Virus record (IMG/VR): IMGVR_UViG_3300035152_000026
Span: 86,002-150,001 of that record
Source: a virus
DNA: 64,000 bases
Strand: one strand, 5' to 3'
Shown: one piece after another, positions 1 to 7,939 of the stretch
Layout: each line of letters begins with the position of its first letter
Position numbering within the stretch: the stretch's first letter is position 1
Translations under genes and position numbers: made by a program
The notes under the pieces: generated by a model
Seen by the model: the letters and a program-made list of their open reading frames with translations, nothing else
Databases searched by the model: none
Told to the model about the DNA's origin: nothing

Positions 1-15
1 TCCTCGGGGTGCTCC

Positions 16-1165
16 CCGGAATGCTAGCTCGATGGCTACTCAATCGAGACCGTATCGAGCCGAGCCCGAAGGCGTTCGCGCCCCAGACCCGGAATGCTAG
101 CTCGATGGCTACCCAATCGAGACTACAAAACGGGGCCAGCGGTGTTTTTCCGTGGCCGGCCCCCCGGAATGCTAGCTCGATGGCTATTCAATCAAGACGC
201 CACGCCAGGATGTAGACACGGAGGACTGAAATGGGAATGAAACCGAGACCGAAGAAAAGAACGGATCCACAGGTCCGTGAAACGTTGGTGTCTGCCGCCG
301 ACCGATTGATCGAGACTCTGGAAGACCTCCTACAACCATATGAGCGGGAAAAGGCGGAGGTGGTGATCAATGTGGCTCGGGAGGCTATTTACGAGTTGCA
401 GTACGCCAATCCGAACACCGAGATCGTACTCAAAAGCGTGCTACAGGCGTACCTGACGCCGGACGTCGGTATCTACCATTCCGGGTACGAAGCCGCCTTC
501 ACGAAGAAGTACGCCAAACTCGAAAAGATCATCAAGAAGGTCGTCGAGGCGACTGGCATGTAGCAGCTTGAATGCTTCCTTGTCGGTCAGGGGAGCATCC
601 CTTTTCAATCGAGACTTGAGCACCAAGGGCGACGACAATCATGCTAGCTCGATGGCTATTCAATCGAGACTTGAGCACCAAGGGCGACGACAACCATGCT
701 AGCTCGATGACTATTCAATCGAGACCTCGGCCCCGCAACCAACGAAGACCCGGAATGCTAGCTCGATGACTACTCAATCGAGACGTCGGATTTGGGATCG
801 AGGCTACCCAATCGAGACAGCCTAGCTCGTCTTTCGACGCGTCGAGATCGAACCCAGAATGCTAGCTCGATGGCTACCCAATCGAGACGCGAGCGACAAC
901 CTGGCGCGCGGTCTCAAAGTCGCGACCCGGAATGCTAGCTCGAAGATGATGAATCCGATGCAATTGAATCAGCCATGATCCGTGCTGGACTCATTTGGAA
1001 ATGTGTCGAGTGCGGCTACAACAACGAACCAGACTACACTGCGTGCGATAACTGTGACAGAGAACGCGAGGACGGGTGTCCCGGAATGCTAGCTCGATGG
1101 CTACCCAATCGAGACGCCGTAGATCAACACCAGGTGGTCCCAGAATGCTGGCTCGATGGCTAGAC
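16..1165 (+). CRISPR. CRISPR-like direct-repeat array. About 11 copies (8 full, 3 truncated) of a 36-bp repeat CCCGGAATGCTAGCTCGATGGCTACYCAATCGAGAC. Spacers are 23-39 bp; the last repeat is degenerate (1139..1165); ORF 231..563 is embedded.
   Basis: Full repeat copies at 16-50, 88-123, 163-198, 749-784, 853-888, 1080-1115. The 5'-divergent copies are at 639-670 and 694-725. Truncated copies are at 604-615, 801-818, 926-942 and 1139-1165. The repeat has an internal hairpin (CTCGAT / ATCGAG) followed by an 8-nt ATCGAGAC tail, which resembles a crRNA handle. No cas genes are present in the window. Confidence 0.45.
231..563 (+). CDS. hypothetical protein embedded between repeat units of the CRISPR-like array
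   Basis: 110-aa ORF with AGGA upstream of the ATG. It is flanked on both sides by repeat copies. Confidence 0.45.
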   Translation: MGMKPRPKKRTDPQVRETLVSAADRLIETLEDLLQPYEREKAEVVINVAREAIYELQYANPNTEIVLKSVLQAYLTPDVGIYHSGYEAAFTKKYAKLEKIIKKVVEATGM

Positions 1166-1208
1166 GTGTCCGGGTCCGGCAGAAAACAAGAAAGAGGAGT
1201 TTAGTGAC

Positions 1209-1448
1209 GTGGACAGCGACGATCCGATCGTGGTGCGTGTGAAGAAGGCACGGTGGGAAACACTCGGGCTCGACATGCCTCGGGATACCTACAGTGTCAT
1301 GGCGATTGAGCTACCGAGCGGTCGCCGCCTTGTAGCTATTGTTCCTTCTGGCATTGACGAAGCAGACGCCAGGTTTGCTGAACAGGAGCTGCGCAGCCTG
1401 GCCGATGTGATCGCTGGATTTTTTGGTCCTGCATCGACGAATTCATAG
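1209..1448 (+). CDS. hypothetical protein
   Basis: 79-aa ORF immediately after the array. Confidence 0.35.
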   Translation: MDSDDPIVVRVKKARWETLGLDMPRDTYSVMAIELPSGRRLVAIVPSGIDEADARFAEQELRSLADVIAGFFGPASTNS

Positions 1449-1492
1449 CGCGTTTTTTTGGGTACTTCACGATGGTGGTATGGCACGCTAAA

Positions 1493-1506
1493 ATCGCGTC
1501 CGCGAT
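1493..1506. promoter_or_regulatory. palindromic motif ATCGCGTCCGCGAT (copy 1 of 7), upstream of the 1625 gene
   Basis: Perfect inverted repeat ATCGCG-TC-CGCGAT preceded by an A-run. It lies in the intergenic region 1449-1624. Confidence 0.4.
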
Positions 1507-1624
1507 CATCGACGTGAAGCTTGCACGCAGCATCAATTCTAGGTAAAAACGAGGTAGGACGCGTCCCTGTACTACTGCTCTCAACTCCTCGACGCGTGGG
1601 GAGCAAACCGAAAGACGAGAACGA

Positions 1625-2239
1625 ATGCCAGTTCCTCCCGTGAAGTCCACCGCGGCGTGGCTGTCAGCTCATGATGCTGCAAAGCTGCTCGACGTAACCC
1701 CTGACTACATCGCGAAGTTGGGGCGCTCAAAGCGTATCCGCAGCAAACGGCTCGGGCCGAACCGCAACGCTTACTCCAAAGCTGATGTTGCGAAGTTCGC
1801 CGCTCAGCGAAAGCCACGCAAGAAGCCACGCAAGAGGTCACGCAAGCCTGGATCGAACGGTGCCGCCGGCAAGCCTGGATCGAATGGTGCCATTGACACA
1901 GACCGGTGGGTTGACGTGGCTGAAGCTGCGCGGATCACAGGCCTGACCAAAGGCGGTGTGAACTGGGCTGCTAAGCAGGGGCGCATTCCTACCGTCAACA
2001 TGGACGGCCACCCGAGGCGTTATCTCTACTCGGCTGACGCCTGCGAAAACTACAAGCGCACGAACAACGGACCCAAAGCGCAAACGTCGAAGTCAGACCC
2101 TGCCACGCGGATGGCACCGAAGCGCGCGCAGACTGCCATCCAGAAAGCACGCTGGGTGTTCGATGGAATCGCGATGGGTGCTATTACCTCTGAGAGCGAA
2201 GCTCTAGAACTTCTTCGCGGCATTCTCTACGAAGACTGA
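1625..2239 (+). CDS. DNA-binding protein with two helix-turn-helix-like segments and a basic KPRK repeat linker
   Basis: Two HTH-like stretches (LSAHDAAKLLDVTPDYIAKLG and WVDVAEAARITGLTKGGVNWAAKQG), similar to excisionase/MerR-type HTH. An internal 21-bp tandem duplication encodes KPGSNGA x2. Confidence 0.5.
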   Translation: MPVPPVKSTAAWLSAHDAAKLLDVTPDYIAKLGRSKRIRSKRLGPNRNAYSKADVAKFAAQRKPRKKPRKRSRKPGSNGAAGKPGSNGAIDTDRWVDVAEAARITGLTKGGVNWAAKQGRIPTVNMDGHPRRYLYSADACENYKRTNNGPKAQTSKSDPATRMAPKRAQTAIQKARWVFDGIAMGAITSESEALELLRGILYED

Positions 2240-2253
2240 GAAAGGAGCGTACG

Positions 2254-2823
2254 ATGATCAAACTACGTGGACTGTCCTGGTCTCGTATCGAGAGTGCCTG
2301 GCACGGCATGCGAACACGCCGCGATACGGTCGCGTTGGAACGCGCACTCATTCTACGGCAGCTGCGAGACATGGCGCCGTGGACGGATCGCAAACGGTAC
2401 GCGTCGCAGGCTGCGTACGACGAGCTGGCTGAGTACAGCTTTCACGACATACTTCGTCACCGTCTCTACGAGAACCCCAGAGAGGTCCGCAACACGTTGG
2501 CTGTGCTGGATACCTTCGGGGAGAAAGCCTTCCGACGCTACGGCCGCGCGGTGCTCGTCCGCATCCACAATCGCACGAGCAATCAACGCAAGCGGACGCG
2601 TGCGCTGCGTGAGCTGGACAAGATCATGCGGAAAGAGGATCGACCACCGTGCCCAACGACCGTGTCTCTGGTGCTCAACAAGATCGAGCCCGCCAAACGG
2701 CGCCCGAGCCACATCGAGTTGGTTCGCAAACTCAAAGAACGTATTCGCGCGTTGGAGACGGAGAACGCGCAGCTCAAGCACAAACTGCGTACAGGACGCG
2801 CACGTAAACGCAAGGCGGCCTAG
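2254..2823 (+). CDS. hypothetical basic protein with a C-terminal coiled coil
   Basis: 189 aa. The C-terminus (KLKERIRALETENAQLKHKL) is coiled-coil-like. An overlapping ORF in another frame (2267..2842) was judged less likely. Confidence 0.45.
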   Translation: MIKLRGLSWSRIESAWHGMRTRRDTVALERALILRQLRDMAPWTDRKRYASQAAYDELAEYSFHDILRHRLYENPREVRNTLAVLDTFGEKAFRRYGRAVLVRIHNRTSNQRKRTRALRELDKIMRKEDRPPCPTTVSLVLNKIEPAKRRPSHIELVRKLKERIRALETENAQLKHKLRTGRARKRKAA

Positions 2824-2838
2824 CCAGAAAGTAGTACT

Positions 2839-3381
2839 ATGAAGAAGCTCATGCAAACACTGGATGCCGAAGTTGATCGTCGCGTCGAGCAGCTGATCGA
2901 ACGTTTGCGGCCGCAACTCCATCACCTCGTACGCACCGAAGTCGTCAACGCTCTCGCCTACACGGTCAAAGTAGATGCCGGGCCGATCACGCCGAAGCAA
3001 GCTCAGAAGATAGTCACTGACGTCAATGCCACAGCAGCCATCACTTCGATACGAGGCATCGTAGAGACACCAAACGGTTGGGCGTGTGTTCACTGCGGCA
3101 CGACATTCAAGACCCAGCGAGCTGCTTCTATTCACGCACGTGCGTGCAAGCCCGAAGAGAAGCAGAAACCGCAAGGCTCACGTCGTGGCCCGCGCCGGGG
3201 CCCGCGTCGTTGCATCAAGCCAGGATGCAACGCACAAAGCAAGGGACCTCGTTTTCACCACCTCTGCGCAAAACACATCAACGCACCGAAGAAGCAGTGG
3301 CAAGCGTGGCAGAAGCAGGCACGGAAGCAGCCGCGAAAGAAAACACGTGCCGCGGCGACCACTGGACGGATAGAGGGATGA
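2839..3381 (+). CDS. zinc-finger protein, basic C-terminus
   Basis: CVHCG...HARAC and CIKPGC...HHLCAKH cysteine/histidine clusters. The C-terminus is lysine/arginine-rich. Confidence 0.45.
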   Translation: MKKLMQTLDAEVDRRVEQLIERLRPQLHHLVRTEVVNALAYTVKVDAGPITPKQAQKIVTDVNATAAITSIRGIVETPNGWACVHCGTTFKTQRAASIHARACKPEEKQKPQGSRRGPRRGPRRCIKPGCNAQSKGPRFHHLCAKHINAPKKQWQAWQKQARKQPRKKTRAAATTGRIEG

Positions 3382-3782
3382 CGATGCCCGAAAGCTTCAC
3401 TGACCCCATGGTCTACACAGAGGAATGGGCCGTCTGCGGGCGCCTCGATCAGCCTGTGACCGACTACATGAAGGACCCTAACAACCCCTGGAAGTGGAAT
3501 CGTGGGCTCCTGGTTCGAGCGGGCGGCGTTGGAAGGCTTTGGCTCAGGGCGATCCCAGATCCACAGGGACGCCTCGACGGGTCAACTCCTCCAGAGGTCT
3601 CAGCCCACACCCGAGCGAAGCTTGCCGCCGCAGCTCCCTGCATGTTCCGCCTCCTGATGGACATCTACGAGAACCCTGACAAGGACTGGTCCCAGGAGAT
3701 CACCAACGTTACGCGCCGTGCTCTCGCAGGCCAAGGTTACTATTACTACCGTTGGAAGGAGCCCCGTGACCTCACCGAATGA
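3378..3782 (+). CDS. hypothetical protein
   Basis: The start ATG at 3378 overlaps the upstream stop (ATGA). The N-terminal part of ORF 3078..3782 is an alternate frame of the upstream gene. Confidence 0.45.
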   Translation: MTMPESFTDPMVYTEEWAVCGRLDQPVTDYMKDPNNPWKWNRGLLVRAGGVGRLWLRAIPDPQGRLDGSTPPEVSAHTRAKLAAAAPCMFRLLMDIYENPDKDWSQEITNVTRRALAGQGYYYYRWKEPRDLTE

Positions 3783-4182
3783 AGACCTGATAGAGCAGAT
3801 CGCTGAAGTCATCTATCGGCATGCTGGTGGAATCTGCCCTGAAGAGTTCGAGAACGTCTTCGGCAAGCCGCAGCGACACTGGAAGACCGACGCCCCTCGG
3901 GACACTCGCGATGACGAACTGCAAGAGCATGAACGCGATGAGTATCGGCTCCAGGCCCGCAAGGTTGTTGAGACCGTCGCCTCCTACCTCTTACTCGATG
4001 GCAAAGACAAGCTCATGGTGACGTTGCGAACGAAGGCCGAGCGCGACCGCTACCGCAAGCATGTCGCCAAATTGCGCGGAATGCTCTACCAGTGGTTACT
4101 GGTGCCCGAGGATCGTGATGCGCAACTGGAGCAAGAAACAAGCGCGTTGCTGGCTGAAACTGCCGACAAGGAGGCGCCGTGA
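3718..4182 (+). CDS. hypothetical acidic protein (true start probably internal, e.g. GTG near 3766)
   Basis: 154-aa ORF. The 5' part overlaps the previous gene, so the start is uncertain. Confidence 0.4.
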   Translation: MLSQAKVTITTVGRSPVTSPNEDLIEQIAEVIYRHAGGICPEEFENVFGKPQRHWKTDAPRDTRDDELQEHERDEYRLQARKVVETVASYLLLDGKDKLMVTLRTKAERDRYRKHVAKLRGMLYQWLLVPEDRDAQLEQETSALLAETADKEAP

Positions 4183-4471
4183 GCGCGATGAGGCAAGAAC
4201 ACGAAGTACGGCAACTGCGCAAACAGCTCGATACCTACAGAAAACAGCACAATGTGTGACGCTCCGCTCTGCAACCGGCCCGCGCTCAAGTGGGATCTCT
4301 GCACTGCACATCTCGTGCTGTTCTGCCATCTCCTCGACCGCCGAATCGAAATCCCAGAATTTGACCGGCTCATGTCGTTGCCTACTGAAACCATGCTACA
4401 GGAACTCAACCGGCGTTTTCAGGTGCCCCAGTAAAAGACCCGACCGTCATTACCACTCCAGATGGTTTCAG

Positions 4472-4696
4472 ATTCGCGCGATGAATAGGCACTGGTGCTG
4501 CATTTGCGGAGCGGGATTCGAGACGGCGGGCGGACTGCGGCGCCATCTTCGGAACGTTCACTCCGAGGATACGGTAACCGATCACTCCTTTCGAGCGATT
4601 CGCTATTCGCACAACGGGCAACTACGAACAGGGAATTGCGCGATCTGCTATCGGCCCGCGCAATTGCACATGCGAGGTGAGCATGGAGACAGTTGA
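4472..4696 (+). CDS. C2H2-type zinc-finger protein
   Basis: MNRHWCCICGAGFETAGGLRRHLRNVH is a classic C2H2 finger. The upstream part of ORF 4061..4696 is probably non-coding overlap. Confidence 0.4.
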   Translation: MRAMNRHWCCICGAGFETAGGLRRHLRNVHSEDTVTDHSFRAIRYSHNGQLRTGNCAICYRPAQLHMRGEHGDS

Positions 4697-5040
4697 GTGC
4701 GCACGATGCCATGGTCGGATCGTGGTGAACAAAGAACTATACTGGGCGGACGTCCCGAGCGTCGGCGTGCTTTGCAATGCGTGCCACGAACGATGGCTAG
4801 AAGGTGAGCTAGCGGAAACAACCGATCCAGCTGAGGTGAAGAACGATGGCTGATCCCGAATTCAAAGACATGACAGGAGAGCCACGTTCGGACGCAGAGC
4901 TGCAAGAAGCGGTCGAACGGCATCTGGTTCGCAGCATGAACAAGCTGATTGATGGAAGTGCCCGATTTGTTCATGGCGCTCACGACGATTCACGATGCGT
5001 TGCAAGAGCTGCTCGCGATTCGCGGTGAGGGAATGAAAGG

Positions 5041-5712
5041 ATGCCGCTAGAGCTACGGCAAGTAAAGCGTAGTGTGTATTGCATGACCTATGTGCCCGCG
5101 TACGACGAGCCTCACCTCTGGTTGTGGTTGGGGTGGCGTAACACCCACTACGTGATGCGTTTCGCGTACGAACTCGTAGATCGCGAACTCGCAAAGTTGG
5201 ACCGATTCGGGCGTAGACCGAGCAAGAGTCGCCGATGGCGCGGCGTGGGCATACGATCGAGGCATGTAAAAACGATACGTTCTGTGATGAAGTTCCTCCG
5301 CAATGCACATGCTCGCGCAGCGGATAACGCTATGCGGTTGTCCAATATGAGAAATAGTCGTCCCCGACCTGAAAGTGTAGAAATGGTCAGCGAACTGAAA
5401 GACGTTTTCTGGGCTCACCTATTAACAGGTCCAGACGCTTACGGTGCGCGAATCGCGGACCAACTATATCAACGACTCACGATTCCCGAAAAAGACCTCA
5501 CCGAGGTCCACCTTCAGTACCGCCTCAACGATCTCACCAACGGTCGAGGCAGCCAAATACATGATGTTGACGTCGGCTATGCTTGCTTGGCCGCTTGCGA
5601 GATAGGACACTGGGATATCGCGCGCGACATCGCCCTATCTGCTCTGGTGCACGATGATGAACATACGTTGGGTGAGATCCCCGAAACAAAACAGACCCAC
5701 TCCCGAATATGA
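5041..5712 (+). CDS. hypothetical protein
   Basis: 223-aa ORF with GGA-rich upstream sequence. Confidence 0.45.
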   Translation: MPLELRQVKRSVYCMTYVPAYDEPHLWLWLGWRNTHYVMRFAYELVDRELAKLDRFGRRPSKSRRWRGVGIRSRHVKTIRSVMKFLRNAHARAADNAMRLSNMRNSRPRPESVEMVSELKDVFWAHLLTGPDAYGARIADQLYQRLTIPEKDLTEVHLQYRLNDLTNGRGSQIHDVDVGYACLAACEIGHWDIARDIALSALVHDDEHTLGEIPETKQTHSRI

Positions 5713-5902
5713 TCTGACTGTTGTGCAGCAAGCGCTCAGGTCAGCAATCGACATAGGCCGCTATGACGTCGCCCAACAGATCGTAGAGGAAGCGAAGGCT
5801 GATGTGTGCATCATCTGCGGGACCGCGCTTGCCACCTGCTCAGTGCTTCACGCCGGAACCAATATGCAGCTCTGTGACGAGTGTGCCTCTGAGTGGCAGT
5901 AG
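5654..5902 (+). CDS. hypothetical Cys-rich protein
   Basis: CIICG...CSVLH...CDEC cysteine pattern. Confidence 0.35.
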   Translation: MMNIRWVRSPKQNRPTPEYDLTVVQQALRSAIDIGRYDVAQQIVEEAKADVCIICGTALATCSVLHAGTNMQLCDECASEWQ

Positions 5903-6240
5903 CAATGGCTTGCGGTAGCTACAAACGGCACCGTTTCACCGAGCACGGATGTAAACGTGCTGCTTGTGTGCGCTGTGGTGCGCCGAACCCGAATTGGGAG
6001 ATCGTACTTCTCGTCAAGCCCGCACGGCGCCCTTCCTGGTGGCCCAAGAACGGCAAGAAGGGCGCAGCCTGGGCTACCATCAACTGGGATGGCGAGTGGA
6101 TACTCGGCTATTCGATAGGTGTGGACTTCAAGAAACAGTTTCGGCGGTCGCAGGCAAGAGCTGCTCGGAATCTTTGGGAGGAAGAGTACGACTTCCGAAA
6201 GTGGGTCTTCAGGGAGGTGCTAGGTCGAACGTCTAGCTAG
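5893..6240 (+). CDS. hypothetical protein with an N-terminal Cys cluster
   Basis: 115 aa, with a CGS...HGCKRAACVRCG cluster. Confidence 0.4.
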   Translation: MAVAMACGSYKRHRFTEHGCKRAACVRCGAPNPNWEIVLLVKPARRPSWWPKNGKKGAAWATINWDGEWILGYSIGVDFKKQFRRSQARAARNLWEEEYDFRKWVFREVLGRTSS

Positions 6241-6267
6241 AAGCCGAGCAGTCAATGCAGTACCATC

Positions 6268-6714
<447 letters not shown>

Positions 6715-6733
6715 CCCTGCTGGCGCCCACAAA

Positions 6734-7018
6734 CTAGTCAGCATCTCCATTACCATCGCTTGGTGGCTTGGGTTTGTTGATCACCGTCAGGCCAGGCAGT
6801 TTCAAGGGCTCATCAAGCGTCGCGACGCTGGCGAGTGCACGTGACAGTCGCATGGCTTGTGGAATCGTCAAACTTAGCTTGCGGCGCTCCGTCCACTTCT
6901 TGGTGACTGGCTGGACGATAGCGATGATGACCTCCTGATTGCCGTTTTCACGCACTACGTAGAGCGCGTGACCGTCGCCGAGGTCAATACGTACGCTATT
7001 TCGGCCGTAAGGCACCAC
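6734..7018 (-). CDS. hypothetical protein
   Basis: 94-aa ORF on the minus strand between plus-strand genes. Confidence 0.35.
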   Translation of the reverse strand: MVPYGRNSVRIDLGDGHALYVVRENGNQEVIIAIVQPVTKKWTERRKLSLTIPQAMRLSRALASVATLDEPLKLPGLTVINKPKPPSDGNGDAD

Positions 7019-7068
7019 GTGCAGTCTAACAGATGATCGCGGACAGGATCTCGTGATAGTGTGGCTTT

Positions 7069-7713
7069 ATGCTCTTCTACGCACACAACTCACAAGGCCT
7101 CGGCGCGGTGCTCATCGAGGGCACGAACTACAAATGCGGCGCGAAGCTCTGTTACGGAGTCGATGGGGCCACGAACACGCATAGGCTGTTTCAGGATCTG
7201 CAACAGGCTGCCAACCAGGTCGCCGCACTCTTCGGGTTGGCGCCCATCGCTGTCGATGGACTCATCGGTGTCAACACCGTAACGCTCATCCGGGAGATCG
7301 CCGCACGGGTACCTGCCGCAACCGGTGCGCTCGGGCAAGCTCGGGGAGCCTTTAGCAAGGAAGTCGCAGCCAAGACTGCAACTGAGTTGACTACTCAGTT
7401 GAAGGCCCTCCTGGTGCCTCGCCCCGTCGCGACACCTTCCACGTCTCAACCGTCACCTACTGTACTCACCCCGACAACGACTGCACCGGCACAGTCCGGG
7501 GCCTCTCCCATGACCACGCCTGCTGCACAAGCCACGACGTCTGCGCCATCAACACAGGCGACGACGCCAACGCAATCAGCAGCAGCTGCGATGACATCAA
7601 TGACACCCACGCCCAAGAAGACTCCAGTACTTGCCATCGCCGGAGTCATCGGCGGAGTTGCACTCCTCGGAACGATCATCGCAGTTATCGCCGTGAGGCG
7701 CAGCGGTCACTAG
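7069..7713 (+). CDS. peptidoglycan-binding domain protein with a Thr/Pro-rich linker and a C-terminal transmembrane anchor
   Basis: IAVDGLIGVNTVTLIREI resembles a PG_binding_1 domain. A long T/P/S/A linker follows. The C-terminus VLAIAGVIGGVALLGTIIAVIAV is hydrophobic. Confidence 0.55.
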   Translation: MLFYAHNSQGLGAVLIEGTNYKCGAKLCYGVDGATNTHRLFQDLQQAANQVAALFGLAPIAVDGLIGVNTVTLIREIAARVPAATGALGQARGAFSKEVAAKTATELTTQLKALLVPRPVATPSTSQPSPTVLTPTTTAPAQSGASPMTTPAAQATTSAPSTQATTPTQSAAAAMTSMTPTPKKTPVLAIAGVIGGVALLGTIIAVIAVRRSGH

Positions 7714-7805
7714 ACCGTTGTCAAGGCTTCACGCCTGACTTCTGCGTTTCTTCTCCTCACTCACGGACAAACAATAGGTTCCACCACGTGTCGCGCGGTT
7801 AGCTG

Positions 7806-7819
7806 ATCGCGGCCGCGAT
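7806..7819. promoter_or_regulatory. palindromic motif ATCGCGGCCGCGAT (copy 2), upstream of the ribonucleotide reductase gene
   Basis: Perfect 14-bp palindrome about 120 bp upstream of the 7940 start. Confidence 0.4.
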
Positions 7820-7939
7820 TTCTTCGTCGCGTATGACAACGGACAGTTTCTTGTCAGGCCGCGATGCTAGTATGGCCTGCGTCGGGGCGGCACCGAGGCG
7901 CCCGACGTTTGAGCCCTACACAACCGAGGACGGAGACTC

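Noticed and set aside
975-1163. ORF spanning the array insertion and two repeat copies
   Set aside because: It reads through repeat units (translating them as PGMLARWLPNRD). It is probably a non-coding insertion, although the Cys-rich N-terminal part (CVECGYNNEPDYTACDNCD) is mildly suggestive of a zinc ribbon.
3078-3377. 5' 300 nt of ORF 3078..3782
   Set aside because: It is an alternate frame of the upstream zinc-finger gene 2839..3381. The real gene most likely starts at ATG 3378, overlapping the upstream stop.
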